From Spirochaetota bacterium (GTDB lineage Bacteria; Spirochaetota; UBA6919; CBDBPB01): a stretch of DNA of 64,000 nucleotides. The translations under genes and the position numbers were made by a program. Within the stretch, counting starts at the first letter, position 1; each line of letters opens with the position of its first letter. The stretch lies in assembly GCA_965208615.1 (NCBI GenBank), contig CBDBPB010000003.1:98188-162187 (forward strand). The letters are read 5' to 3'. The notes beneath the pieces are model-generated. The model had not been told where the DNA came from and made no database searches. It worked only from the letters and a program-made list of their open reading frames with translations. Of this stretch, positions 1 to 10,739 are shown piece by piece.

Positions 1-1435
1 CGTTTAGTTCGAGTCCGCCGAAATAAGACGGGATACCAACAGATTTTCCTATCATTTTATTTGGTTGTTGCTGGAATATGTTTTCGGTAGCTGGATTAGC
101 AAATAATATTCTTCCTTCTTTGTTCAGGACTAATATACCATCTGTAGTGGTATTAAGTATTACTCTATATTTTTCTTCACTTCTTTTAAGGGCAACAGCG
201 GCTTCTTCACGTTCGGTAACATCCCTAAAACTGCTTCTATAGCCTAACCACTTATTATTACTATCATAGATAGACTGGTATGAAGCGGCTAACCATCTTA
301 TGCTGTTATTTTTACGTCTTATTCTAAAGACCATTTCGCTTGCGGATGCACCATTTAATGCCTCAGTAAATGCCCTATTCATTTTAGGCTGATCCTCATG
401 ATAGATAATAGAGATAGGAAAGTCTTTCATATTTTTGCATTCTACTGTATTATAGCCGGTAATGCGTTCTACTGCTTTATTTATCCAGACTAGTCTACCA
501 TTAGGATAAACCCATATTTCCATATCATAGGTATAGTCAGCTATAGCTCTAAATCGTTTTTCACTTTCTCTCAATGCATTTTCTGATCGTTTACGTTCTC
601 TTATTTCGATTTTGAGCTGATCAACGGTTTTTATAAGGCCTATAGTTCTATCTTTAACAAGATCTTCTAGTTTATTTTGATATTCTGTAAACTTTTTTTC
701 AATATCTTTTCTTTCCAGCACTTCTTGGGTTAGTTTTTTGTTTGAATCAACTAATTCTGTGGTACGTTCTTTAATTCGCTCTTCTAGTTCATCACGCACT
801 TTTTTTAACGCCTCAGATGCTTCTCTACTGCTGGTTACATCCAACATATACCCTTCATAGTTAACAACTTCACCACTATTATTACGATTTACTATTATAA
901 AGCTATATATCCATCTAGTAGTTTTATTTGGTAAAACTATTCTATAATCCTGTTCAAAAGTGTTTTCCGACCTACTATAGTTTATCATACCAGAGGTAAT
1001 TTTTTTAAAGTCGTTGGGACATATAATATCCGAATATTTTATTTTATTACTAATTAGCTCTTCTGCCTTATAACCGAACTGATCAATATTTGCCGATATA
1101 TATTCTATTAGCCAATTATCTTTATTATTATAGAGCTTAAATCTTATTACTGGTCCTTCTATAAAGAGTTTTTCGTTTATCATATTCTTTTTATCAGCTA
1201 TAGAAGGTTGTTTAGGGCTAAGGCGGTCTATTTTTAATAACATTTTTTTAATAAAAAGGGATATGCCAATAGAAATCGTTAAAACTGATAATCTTAAGCA
1301 TAGCTCTATAACAGCGGGATATATAATTTCATTTAGGAGGGGTTTACCACTAATAGAATAGCTTATTAACGAATCAATGATCCAATAAGCTAATCCGAGT
1401 ATAATCCCAGCAATGGGGATAATAATATTTTTCAT
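1..1435 (-). CDS. Membrane-anchored multi-PAS sensor protein, probably a histidine kinase or similar; 3' end outside the window
   Basis: Hand translation from ATG 1435 (MKNIIIPIAGIILGLAYW...). Two N-terminal TM segments, PAS/PAC motifs (DYRIVLPNKTTRWI, FRIRRKNNSIRWL, RDVTER) and coiled-coil linkers (ALRESEKRFRAIAD). Open to the window edge, so absent from the ORF track. Confidence 0.8.
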   Translation of the reverse strand, partial: MKNIIIPIAGIILGLAYWIIDSLISYSISGKPLLNEIIYPAVIELCLRLSVLTISIGISLFIKKMLLKIDRLSPKQPSIADKKNMINEKLFIEGPVIRFKLYNNKDNWLIEYISANIDQFGYKAEELISNKIKYSDIICPNDFKKITSGMINYSRSENTFEQDYRIVLPNKTTRWIYSFIIVNRNNSGEVVNYEGYMLDVTSSREASEALKKVRDELEERIKERTTELVDSNKKLTQEVLERKDIEKKFTEYQNKLEDLVKDRTIGLIKTVDQLKIEIRERKRSENALRESEKRFRAIADYTYDMEIWVYPNGRLVWINKAVERITGYNTVECKNMKDFPISIIYHEDQPKMNRAFTEALNGASASEMVFRIRRKNNSIRWLAASYQSIYDSNNKWLGYRSSFRDVTEREEAAVALKRSEEKYRVILNTTTDGILVLNKEGRILFANPATENIFQQQPNKMIGKSVGIPSYFGGLELN

Positions 1436-1712
1436 TTTAATGCTAATCCCATTTGCAAAGGTACTATTTTTAGTATATAATAAAGTTGCTATAAAAAACC
1501 AACTAAAATACTATAGATATAGTAGTAAAGTCGTAAAAAGGGTGGGATTATAAAGCTGTTCCCAAAAGGGATATACGCATATATTGTTAGTTGGATATAA
1601 GGTGTTTTTATTTATTTTGTATAGTGGGCAAAATACCCACTAAGAACATTTAATAACAAGTATCCGGATATTTTTAGCGTTATCATAAATATTCTAAGCA
1701 AAATGACAACTT

Positions 1713-4022
1713 TTAGCATTTTGTTACTTTATTTATATTCTCAATAGCATCCTTTAAATCGGTAAATGTTTTTTTATCCGTAACCTTAATATGATTTATC
1801 AACCAGCTTTCTAAGAAAATAAGAACCTCAATCGATAAGTTCACCTCGCCTTTACTAAAATATTCCTTAAACTCCAGCACTTTCTTAGTAAACTCATCAT
1901 GTTGTTTTTTGTGTTCATCGTAACCAGAATAATCAAGCTTTTTAATTAATTTTTCTTCATATGAAAAATGAATAACTGTATAATCAAATAGCTCGTTTAA
2001 TATCTTCTCCATAACTCCAAAACCTTTACCAACAACCATATTACTATAAAGCTCATTTATTAGATTTATAAGTCTTATATGCTGGCTATCAACGGACTGT
2101 ACATCGGTTACTAAATCGCTATTCCATTTAACTAAGCTATCTACTTTTTTATCTTTAAGTTCTTCTTTTTCATAGAAATCTATTTTCTTTTTATCCTTAG
2201 GTACAACTTTTGAAGTCTTTTCCTCTTCTTTAACTTTAAAACTTGATATTTCATTATTTAGCATACTAATATTAGTACTATTTATAGAACCAAGTTTTGC
2301 AAGGCTTAAAACAGAGCCTTTCATATCATTACTAGTTTTTGTAATCTTCTCTACCGTTGATAATCCTTTAAAGGATGCATTAGTTATCCTTTTCAAAGCA
2401 TCACTACTTTCCGAAATAGAAATCTTCATTTCTATGGTATCAAATTTTACCTCTTCTGTAATGGATTGTAAATCAGAAACAATAGCCAATATACTACTAG
2501 TCTCATTACTAAGGTTGTCCATATTGGTGGATACTACATCAAAAGCCTGTGAAACCTCATTAACTTCGTTATTAACCTCTAAAAAAGCATCCCTACTTTC
2601 ATGGCTTAGCTTTGTAACAAGCTTAATTTTCTCTACACTAGAATTTAATGTTTCACTTATACTCTTAACATTGGTTGCAGTAGATGTTGCTAGTTTCCTT
2701 ATCTCATCAGCTACAACGGCAAATCCTTTACCTGAATCTCCAGCATGAGCCGCTTCTATAGCTGCATTCATAGCAAGAAGATTAGTTTTAGTGGCAATGT
2801 CATTAATAATTTTAATCATTTCGAGCATATCTTCAGAGTTTTTTGATATATCCAAAATAAGATTATTGGTTTCTTTAATTTTCTCTCCACCAATATAAGT
2901 TCTCTCAATCAGCTGGCTTGTTGCTTCACGCTTCTCTTTTGAGATCTTTGCAACATCCTCAATAAATTTAACCAGTTGAGTTATTGAGTTAGAAGACTGC
3001 TTTACAACTTTACCTTGCTTAATAATCTCTTTTGGTAAATGTTTAAAGCTTTCAAAGTTTTTATCCGTAACCTCAGACAGCTTACTAATATTTTCTGCCA
3101 ATGACTTAAAAAGATTATTTACAAAAACAATACTATTACTAATCTCTATTAAAGAAGCTGATGTTTTCTCACTATTCTCGGATAATAACTCTCCAATTTT
3201 TTGTCCCTCTATTAATACATGTTTAATCCTTACTATAATAGCTGTTAGTTTATCCATAAAAAGATCAAAGTAATTAGAAAGTAAGCCAATTTCGTCTTTA
3301 TAAGGATAGTCAATCTTATTAGTTAGATCTCCTTCTCCTTCCGAGATGTTCTTTAATATTTTAGTAGTTTTTCTAATTGGATTAACAACATAATAAACAA
3401 TAATAAAAAGACTATAAGCCGTTACAAATAGTATTAGGATTATAAAAGAGACCAAAACTCGCCTATTAATTAGGTTTACAACACCTGTAAAATCACTAGA
3501 GGATTGTTGATTCATATCATTATAGACCTTTCTTAGGCTTTCGAAAACCTTGATAGGCTCTTGATCTTCCAAAGTAAGCTGATCAAGTATTTCCTTAGAG
3601 GTTTTTTGATTGTAGATTAAGGTTTTCGTTAATTCTATTTTATCCCTATAATAAAGTACGATTTTCTTTATTTTATTTAGTATATCTAATTCCTTTTTAG
3701 TTATACTATTATGGCTCGAATACTGTTTTAAATCTTTTGTAAAGTTAGTTACCTCTACCTCAAAGCGCTTTTTATGTTTATTATCCTTTGTCAGAATGTA
3801 GTTATAAAAGTGGTATATAAAACTATCATAAAAAAAATAGCTTTTGAGTTGACTAAAACTACTTTTTCTTACTTCAACTTCTCTTTGCTTCTCCCAGATA
3901 GAAACAGCTTGATTTAATCTATCATAAAGCAAAAACCACATTCCAATAAGAATACCTGCATTAAAAATAGTCAGCAATATAACCTTTTTATATATCTTTA
4001 TATTTTTAAACCAATTAAACAT
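1713..4022 (-). CDS. Methyl-accepting chemotaxis protein with C-terminal hemerythrin domain
   Basis: 2 TM + HAMP (GDLT...DEIG), MCP hairpin [33 protein letters not shown], and hemerythrin motifs ([26 protein letters not shown]). ATG 4022 follows GAGG; GTG 4034 is an alternative start. Confidence 0.92.
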   Translation of the reverse strand: MFNWFKNIKIYKKVILLTIFNAGILIGMWFLLYDRLNQAVSIWEKQREVEVRKSSFSQLKSYFFYDSFIYHFYNYILTKDNKHKKRFEVEVTNFTKDLKQYSSHNSITKKELDILNKIKKIVLYYRDKIELTKTLIYNQKTSKEILDQLTLEDQEPIKVFESLRKVYNDMNQQSSSDFTGVVNLINRRVLVSFIILILFVTAYSLFIIVYYVVNPIRKTTKILKNISEGEGDLTNKIDYPYKDEIGLLSNYFDLFMDKLTAIIVRIKHVLIEGQKIGELLSENSEKTSASLIEISNSIVFVNNLFKSLAENISKLSEVTDKNFESFKHLPKEIIKQGKVVKQSSNSITQLVKFIEDVAKISKEKREATSQLIERTYIGGEKIKETNNLILDISKNSEDMLEMIKIINDIATKTNLLAMNAAIEAAHAGDSGKGFAVVADEIRKLATSTATNVKSISETLNSSVEKIKLVTKLSHESRDAFLEVNNEVNEVSQAFDVVSTNMDNLSNETSSILAIVSDLQSITEEVKFDTIEMKISISESSDALKRITNASFKGLSTVEKITKTSNDMKGSVLSLAKLGSINSTNISMLNNEISSFKVKEEEKTSKVVPKDKKKIDFYEKEELKDKKVDSLVKWNSDLVTDVQSVDSQHIRLINLINELYSNMVVGKGFGVMEKILNELFDYTVIHFSYEEKLIKKLDYSGYDEHKKQHDEFTKKVLEFKEYFSKGEVNLSIEVLIFLESWLINHIKVTDKKTFTDLKDAIENINKVTKC

Positions 4023-4381
4023 ATACTTCCTCACAAAAACTTGCTATGATAATAGTATTATTTTGAAGATAAAAAGTCAAAATTAATTACGTAATAACCT
4101 TATATTATTTTTTTTAATAAAATGTTATAAATATGACTTATTTTAGAAAAAATTAAAAAACTACTTGACAAAACTATAAAATTAGAATAAGTTAAATCCT
4201 AAATAAGATTTATACACCCTTAAAAAGAGTATGTACTATAGTAATAAATATACACTTTATTGGGGTTTATATTTGCCAAACTGATTTTTAATAACTTTAT
4301 AAAAGCCTCTATAATAATTTGTTAATCTAAGAGAGTCAAGATTATTATTTTTTATTTAACGATAGTATTACATATATAGAT

Positions 4382-4438
4382 AAAAATAGAATCTGACTGA
4401 GATTACCCAGCTTTGAATAATCTAGTAGATCTATTTTT
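4382..4438. promoter_or_regulatory. Imperfect inverted repeat in the MCP/ccoN divergent intergenic region
   Basis: aaaaataga-atct-g-act-g-agatta ... taatct-agt-agat-ctattttt can pair as a long stem; function unknown. Confidence 0.3.
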
Positions 4439-4564
4439 GTATTACTAATATGCTATACTTAGAAGCAATAAGTTTTTCTTTGCCTTTTATGGAGTAAGGT
4501 TTATACAAAAATATGCTTAAAAAATTAAATTCATATAATTTCTAATATTTATTAATTCAGAAAA

Positions 4565-4581
4565 TACCCTCGTTGAGGGTA
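4565..4581. promoter_or_regulatory. Palindrome just upstream of ccoN (operator or 5' UTR hairpin)
   Basis: TACCCTC-gtt-GAGGGTA, a perfect 7-bp arm ending 28 nt before the ccoN ATG. Confidence 0.35.
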
Positions 4582-4609
4582 AAGGAAAACTTTTTGATGG
4601 AGTAACGTA

Positions 4610-5983
4610 ATGAATGACACAACTTATGATAATTCGGTTGTGAAGTGGTTTGCTTTTTCGGCAATATTCTGGTTAATTATAGGACTTTTAGTTGGTCTTG
4701 TAATTGCTTTGCAAATGGTTATACCAGACCTAAATCTTGCACCTTGGCTCTCTTATGGTAGACTAAGACCTGTTCATACCAATGGGTTAGCCTTTGGATT
4801 CGGGCTTGCAGGAATATTTTCTTGTAGCTACTATATTTTGCAAAGGTTAACAAAAACACGACTTGTTTTTCCGACATTAGCTAAAATACATCTTTGGCTT
4901 TTTAATGGGGCAATAGCTGCAGCTGCTCTAAGCCTATTTTTAGGCTATAACTCTTCTAAAGAGTATGCTGAGCTTGAATGGCCATTAGATGTTGGTGTAG
5001 TAATTATTTGGGTGATATTTGCTGTTAATGTATTTGCTACATTAATTAAAAGAAAAGTTAAGCTGATGTATGTAAGTCTATGGTATTTAATAGCTATGAC
5101 CGTTGCTGTTGCTGTTTTATACATTATTAATAACTTGGCAGTTCCAGTAACCTTATTTAAATCATATTCACTATTTGCTGGTGCCAATGATGCAAATGTA
5201 GAATGGTGGTATGGTCATAATGCTGTTGGGTTTGTTTTTACTGTACCAATCCTTATGATGTTCTATTATTTTCTTCCTAAGTCTACGAACTTACCAATTT
5301 ATAGTCATAGACTTTCGATGATTGCTTTTTGGTCATTAGTTTTTGCTTATTTATGGTCAGGTGCACACCATCTTATGTTAACCCCACTACCTGAGTGGAT
5401 TCAAACTATGGCTATGGCATTTACAATATTCTTAATAGCTCCGTCATGGGGTTCTGTAGTTAATGGTTATTACACTATGGGCGGTAACTGGGATATGATG
5501 AGAAGTAACTATTTAGTTAAGTTTTTTGTATTGGGTATTACCTTTTATGGTCTTCAGACTATTCAAGGCCCAACTCAAGGACTTAGAACCTTAACTCAGT
5601 TTTTTCATTATACAGAATATATACCAGGACACGTTCACATGGGTACCATGGGTTGGGTAACCATGGTTATATCTGCCTCTCTTTATTATATTATTCCAAA
5701 GATATATAACAGAGAGATTTATAGTATAAAGCTTGCTGATACTCACTTTTGGCTAATTCTAATTGGACAACTTCTTTATACCGTTTCTTTATGGGTTGGA
5801 GGTATTGTTCAAGGTATAGAATGGCAGAATGCTACTAACATACAAGCTTTTATTTTATCAGTTGGAGAAATGTATCCATACTGGTATGTCCGTGTTATAG
5901 GTGGAGTTGCCTATTTCTTGGGAGTGCTTGTCTTTGCTTATAACCTAATAAAGACAGCTAAAAGTGAACCTAAAACTGCATAA
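4610..5983 (+). CDS. ccoN: cbb3-type cytochrome c oxidase subunit I
   Basis: GRLRPVHTN, KEYAELEWP, WWYGHNAVGF, GAHHL, GHVHMG motifs. Confidence 0.97.
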   Translation: MNDTTYDNSVVKWFAFSAIFWLIIGLLVGLVIALQMVIPDLNLAPWLSYGRLRPVHTNGLAFGFGLAGIFSCSYYILQRLTKTRLVFPTLAKIHLWLFNGAIAAAALSLFLGYNSSKEYAELEWPLDVGVVIIWVIFAVNVFATLIKRKVKLMYVSLWYLIAMTVAVAVLYIINNLAVPVTLFKSYSLFAGANDANVEWWYGHNAVGFVFTVPILMMFYYFLPKSTNLPIYSHRLSMIAFWSLVFAYLWSGAHHLMLTPLPEWIQTMAMAFTIFLIAPSWGSVVNGYYTMGGNWDMMRSNYLVKFFVLGITFYGLQTIQGPTQGLRTLTQFFHYTEYIPGHVHMGTMGWVTMVISASLYYIIPKIYNREIYSIKLADTHFWLILIGQLLYTVSLWVGGIVQGIEWQNATNIQAFILSVGEMYPYWYVRVIGGVAYFLGVLVFAYNLIKTAKSEPKTA

Positions 5984-5997
5984 TTTTTGAGGAGGAA

Positions 5998-6762
5998 ATG
6001 ATGAATGCAATATATTCTAAGCCAATTGTTTTTGCTATAGTAGCAGCAGTTGTAATTTTGATTGGTACCATAGCTAGTACCCTTGCTCCAATGCTTTTTC
6101 CATCTACTCAACCGGCAGGGCATGTTGGTAAGGCTATATATGTTCGTCCATATAGTCCTGTGGAACTAGAGGGTCGTGATATTTATATTAGAGAAGGGTG
6201 TAATAATTGCCATACCCAAACAGTTCGTCCATTAAGACACGAGGTTATTTTGTATGACCCTATTTATAAGCAATATACTGACCCAAGAGAGTCTGCTTAT
6301 GATAGACCATTTTTGTGGGGATCAAAACGTACTGGTCCTGATCTTATGAGTGTTGGACGACGTAAACCTGCTGCTGGATGGCATTATAGACACATGGATG
6401 ATCCAAGATCTATTGATCCTAAAGATGTTTATAAAAACTCCAATATGCCTGCTTATGGCTGGTTAGCTGGTAATGAGCTTGATATTAGTAATACTTATGC
6501 AAAAATTAGTACCCTTAGCTATGGCTGTACTGATGAGCAGATTCTTGCTAATAAGGCTTGCACAAAAGAAGAAGTTCAAAAAAAGATTGCTGACTTTACT
6601 AAAGAAGTTACTTCTGATAACTACGTTGCTAAAAAAGATCGGGATAAAGTTACTCCAGAAGCTAATCGTGCTAAGTTAACTGAAATGGATGCCATAGTCG
6701 CTTACCTATTAAAACTAGGAAGGGATATGGGTGAAGTTTATAAAAAACAACAGAGTAAATAA
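5998..6762 (+). CDS. ccoO: cbb3-type cytochrome c oxidase subunit II
   Basis: GRDIYIREGCNNCHTQ, LWGSKRTGPDL, SNMPAY; follows ccoN. Confidence 0.96.
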   Translation: MMNAIYSKPIVFAIVAAVVILIGTIASTLAPMLFPSTQPAGHVGKAIYVRPYSPVELEGRDIYIREGCNNCHTQTVRPLRHEVILYDPIYKQYTDPRESAYDRPFLWGSKRTGPDLMSVGRRKPAAGWHYRHMDDPRSIDPKDVYKNSNMPAYGWLAGNELDISNTYAKISTLSYGCTDEQILANKACTKEEVQKKIADFTKEVTSDNYVAKKDRDKVTPEANRAKLTEMDAIVAYLLKLGRDMGEVYKKQQSK

Positions 6763-6768
6763 ATAAGA

Positions 6769-6800
6769 TAAAAGCTATAGACTTTAGTCTATAGCTTTTA
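6769..6800. promoter_or_regulatory. Perfect 14-bp stem hairpin between ccoO and ccoQ
   Basis: TAAAAGCTATAGAC-ttta-GTCTATAGCTTTTA. Confidence 0.5.
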
Positions 6801-6819
6801 AAGCTTATTGAGGTGATCG

Positions 6820-6960
6820 ATGAGTATAGAAAAATATATAGCATTTGGTTTTTTGGTTTTATTGGTTATTGTACTTGCTCTTATAATTGGCTATTATTTT
6901 GGGTCAAAAAGAAAGAAAAAAGTAGAAGACCCTAAATACCGAATGCTCGATGATGACTAA
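6820..6960 (+). CDS. ccoQ: cbb3-type oxidase subunit IV (46 aa)
   Basis: Hand translation MSIEKYIAFGFLVLLVIVLALIIGYYFGSKRKKKVEDPKYRMLDDD. One TM, GAGG RBS, lies between ccoO and ccoP; too short for the ORF track. Confidence 0.88.
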   Translation: MSIEKYIAFGFLVLLVIVLALIIGYYFGSKRKKKVEDPKYRMLDDD

Positions 6961-6978
6961 AAACTTAGGAGGATTAAA

Positions 6979-7467
6979 ATGTCTGAAGAACAAGACTTTG
7001 ATGGTATTAAAGAAAATAATAATAAATTGCCTACTGGGTGGTTAATTTTTTATATAGCTGCAATTGTTTTTGTGATTGTATATATTCTTATGTATACTGA
7101 AGAGCTTAGTGGGTATTCTTGGAATAACGACCACAAAAAAGAAATGAAAGCTGAAAAAGCTAAGCAAGTTGAACAAGATAAAAGTACTGCTACTGCTGCA
7201 CCAAAGACAGATACTGGTGATGCTAACGCTATTGCTGAGGGAGATAAAATCTATAAGTCTACATGTATGGCTTGTCATATGGCCGATTTAAAAAGTGGAC
7301 TTTCTAATCTTCTTACCCCTAAGCTTAAATATGGCAATTCTGTTGAAGAGATTACTAAAACCGTTATGAATGGTACTGATAATGGAATGCCTCCTCATAG
7401 CTTTTTAGGCAAAGAAAAGATTGCTAATGTAGTTGCTTTTATCATGTCTAAGAGAGAACAAAAATAG
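6979..7467 (+). CDS. ccoP: cbb3-type oxidase subunit III, short mono-haem form
   Basis: FixP N-terminal motif DFDGIKENNNKLPTGW, a TM helix, single CMACH and GMPP. Confidence 0.88.
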   Translation: MSEEQDFDGIKENNNKLPTGWLIFYIAAIVFVIVYILMYTEELSGYSWNNDHKKEMKAEKAKQVEQDKSTATAAPKTDTGDANAIAEGDKIYKSTCMACHMADLKSGLSNLLTPKLKYGNSVEEITKTVMNGTDNGMPPHSFLGKEKIANVVAFIMSKREQK

Positions 7468-7487
7468 TCTTTAGTTATAAAGGATAA

Positions 7488-7568
7488 GGCAAAGGTGAAA
7501 GTTAACTTCACTTTTGCCATTAGCATTTATCTACCTGTTATTACTTATATTAAGTAGATAAATGCTAA
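7488..7568 (+). terminator. Two adjacent stem-loops after ccoP (candidate terminator or processing site)
   Basis: ggcaaaggtgaa/ttcacttttgcc (7488-7518) and ttagcatttatctac/gtagataaatgctaa (7520-7568). Confidence 0.5.
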
Positions 7569-7677
7569 GTATACCTATAGTTTTTAATTGTGTTATCCTA
7601 TTTATAAGGGTTTAATGATAAAAATATATTGGCGTATACTAAACTTAATAAATTTTAATAAATTAAAGGATACTTAA

Positions 7678-8046
7678 ATGTATAATCGAATTAACAAAAA
7701 TAAAAAGCTACTTTGGATAGGTATGGTTATAGTTAGTTTTACTATTATGTCCATATCGATTGAAAACCTTGTTTTAGCTAATAAGTATGTTGGTAATGCT
7801 AAGGCTATAGCAAAAGGAAAAAAAGTGTATATGGCTAGTTGTGCTATGTGTCATATGGCTGATTTAAAAAGTGGACTTTCTAATCTTCTTGCTCCCAAGC
7901 TTAAATATGGCAACTCGGCTAAAAGTATTATGAAAGTTATTAAAAATGGTACTAATATGGGAATGCCTCCACAAAGCTTTTTAGGAAAAAAGAAGATTTC
8001 GCAGGTAACCGCTTATATTATATCCGTTAGAAAAAAGAAAAAGTAA
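7678..8046 (+). CDS. Mono-haem c-type cytochrome, paralogue of the CcoP haem domain
   Basis: Signal or anchor peptide, CAMCH, GMPP; shares CHMADLKSGLSNLLxPKLKYGNS with CcoP. Confidence 0.88.
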   Translation: MYNRINKNKKLLWIGMVIVSFTIMSISIENLVLANKYVGNAKAIAKGKKVYMASCAMCHMADLKSGLSNLLAPKLKYGNSAKSIMKVIKNGTNMGMPPQSFLGKKKISQVTAYIISVRKKKK

Positions 8047-8421
8047 TTTTAACTAGTTAAACCTACTCTTTATTTTTTAGGTGTAGATTAACCATCTAAT
8101 GGAGCATAAACTATAAACCGTTTTGCTTCATTAGAATATATTTATATACTTAATTTAAGAATTATTATTAAATATTTATCTTCCTAAAATCTTCTTTGCT
8201 TTTTGCCTTTTTTTTATACCCTTAAAATAATAACTGCGACAGACTATTACGACTAGTTTATTGCTCATAAATTATACTAGCTTAACTCAAAGCTGATATT
8301 TTAGCATATTCTTTATAACACAAATAAAATAAATGGTTTTTAAAGTTTTACTAAAATCCGAATTACAAATAGCCAATTCTATTGATTAATATAAGGCTGA
8401 TTTTATCCCTGGAGAGACAAC

Positions 8422-9777
8422 ATGAAGAAAGAAGAACTTAAACAGACTGTTAAAGAAATTATCTATTGGATAGAAACTTCTAATAATACACAAATAGCTA
8501 ATACCATACTTTATTTGCACTATGTTGATCTTGCAGAAATTATACACCATCTTTCTGAAAAGAATAGAAAGTATATTTTTGAACTCCTTGACGCTGATAC
8601 GGCATCCCAGGTACTATCCGAGTTGGACAACTTTGTAAGAAATCAGTTTGTTGAAGACTTGGATACTAATCGTATTAGTGAAATTGTTGATGAGATGGAT
8701 TCTGATGATGCCACTGATTTTATATCTCAATTACCAAAAGGTACTGCTACTAAGGTATTAAACTCTATAGATGTTGTTGACTCTAGCGAAGTTAGAGAAC
8801 TTTTATCTTATCCAGAAGATACCGCAGGTGGAATCATGGCTAAGGAGTTCATCGCTGTTGAGGAGAACAGTACTATAAGGGATGCTATTCATACTATTAG
8901 AGCCAAATCCAATGAGGTTAGGGATGTTTATTACATTTTTGTTGTAGATAAAAATGGAGTCTTAATTGGATTTTTATCCATTAAAAAGTTAATTCTTACT
9001 AGTCGTAAAGAAAAGGTTACTGAGGTTATGAATAGGGAGGTTGTTTCTGTTAACACTAACCTGGATCAAGAAGAAGTAGCTAATATTGTTAGAAAGTATG
9101 ATTTAGTATCAATTCCAGTTGTCGATAATAATGGTGTCTTAGTTGGACGCATTACTATAGACGATATTATAGATGTTGTTGATAAAGAGGCTACCGAAGA
9201 TATACACAAAATGGCTGGTATTAATGAGGATGAAGAACTTAGGGATACATCATCAGTTAACATACTAAAAACGCGTTTACCATGGTTAATAACAGGGCTA
9301 CTTGGCGGAATTGTTGCCGCTGTTGTTTTGAGTAGCTTTGAACATTCCTTTAACCAGATTATAATGTTAAGTTTTTTTACACCTGTTGTTATGGCTATGG
9401 GAGGTAGTATTAGTATACAGTCATCAACTTTAGTTGTTAGAGGTCTTGCAACTGGCGAAATAACATTTATTGGCATATATAAGCATATTTTTAAAGAAAT
9501 GAAAGTAGCATTACTAAATGGTATGGCTTGTAGTTCTATCCTTGTGATAATTGCAGGAATATGGACTAACTGGAATATGGGGATATTACTAGGAGCCGCA
9601 TTATTTTTAATTATCAACATTGCAGGGCTTATTGGTACAGTTATTCCCCTTATTTTTAAGAAGATTAATATTGATCCCGCATTAGCTACTGGACCCTTTA
9701 TAACTATTATAAATGACATAATAGGTTTAATTATATATCTTACAGCGGCTAATATATTTATAAAAGATATTGCTTAA
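8422..9777 (+). CDS. mgtE: Magnesium transporter MgtE
   Basis: YPEDTAGGIM, CBS pair, RLPWL, DPALATGPFITIINDIIG. Confidence 0.96.
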   Translation: MKKEELKQTVKEIIYWIETSNNTQIANTILYLHYVDLAEIIHHLSEKNRKYIFELLDADTASQVLSELDNFVRNQFVEDLDTNRISEIVDEMDSDDATDFISQLPKGTATKVLNSIDVVDSSEVRELLSYPEDTAGGIMAKEFIAVEENSTIRDAIHTIRAKSNEVRDVYYIFVVDKNGVLIGFLSIKKLILTSRKEKVTEVMNREVVSVNTNLDQEEVANIVRKYDLVSIPVVDNNGVLVGRITIDDIIDVVDKEATEDIHKMAGINEDEELRDTSSVNILKTRLPWLITGLLGGIVAAVVLSSFEHSFNQIIMLSFFTPVVMAMGGSISIQSSTLVVRGLATGEITFIGIYKHIFKEMKVALLNGMACSSILVIIAGIWTNWNMGILLGAALFLIINIAGLIGTVIPLIFKKINIDPALATGPFITIINDIIGLIIYLTAANIFIKDIA

Positions 9778-9840
9778 TAATAGATCTTTGATCAAAAAAA
9801 TATATATTAAACAAAAATAATTAATACGGAGGATAAAATA

Positions 9841-10476
9841 ATGTCTGAAAGATTAGACTTTCTAATACAAACACGACCTGAGGCGGCTACTGCATATATG
9901 ACTTTTCTTAAAGAGTCTGGACGTCATTTGGATGATAAGACTCGTTTTCTTATTTCTTTAGTTACTAAGGTGATTTCTGGTGCTAATAAAGGGCTTAAGC
10001 AGTATGTACCCCATGCTATACGTGCTGGAGCCAGTGGACAAGAGCTTATTGATGCTGTTTTAATGTCTTTTCCTGCCGCTGGACTTACTAAAGTTCTTAA
10101 TGCTATTGAAGTATTACAAGAGATGAACTTGCCAGAACTTAAATTGGAAAACCTAAAACGAAAACCACAGTGGATTACCTTAATCTCTGTTAATGAGATT
10201 TTAGAAAATAAATTAACGACAAAAAATACTGCCGGAAGAAGTTTTATTATATATAAATCCGATGATAACATAAAAGTCTATGATAGACAATGTCCACACT
10301 TGGGTAATAGGCTGCCAACAAATATAGATGATCATATACTAACCTGTAAGGTTCATAAGTGGAGCTTTGATCTTAAAACTGGTCTCTGTATAGGCAAGGC
10401 CACTAGAAATCTACGTGAATATAACTCTAGAATAAATAATGAGATGTTGGAAGTTGAAGTAATACCACTAGATTAA
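9841..10476 (+). CDS. Carboxymuconolactone decarboxylase-like domain fused to a Rieske [2Fe-2S] domain
   Basis: LDDKTRFLISL...AIRAGAS.QELIDAV (CMD fold); CPHLG...CKVHKWSFD (Rieske). Confidence 0.8.
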   Translation: MSERLDFLIQTRPEAATAYMTFLKESGRHLDDKTRFLISLVTKVISGANKGLKQYVPHAIRAGASGQELIDAVLMSFPAAGLTKVLNAIEVLQEMNLPELKLENLKRKPQWITLISVNEILENKLTTKNTAGRSFIIYKSDDNIKVYDRQCPHLGNRLPTNIDDHILTCKVHKWSFDLKTGLCIGKATRNLREYNSRINNEMLEVEVIPLD

Positions 10477-10739
10477 TTTATTTTAAGTTAGTTAAAATGT
10501 TAAATATACTTGTTATACTAATAAAAATAGCTTATATATCACTAAATAAGCATTAGACTTTTGCTCTTTCTTGACAATTGCTGATAAATTCATTAAGTTA
10601 AATATATCTTATTATACTACTATAAGTTAAATAGTATTAAGATATTATAATTTTATTAGTCATATAATACTTTTTAGTATTATTTTTATTGAAAACTTAT
10701 TATAAGTACAAATAATATTAATTGATAAACGGCGATTTA

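Noticed and set aside
8047-8421. M-box (ykoK) riboswitch upstream of mgtE
   Set aside because: The leader is long, but I could not see the conserved M-box sequence; an Rfam scan would be needed.
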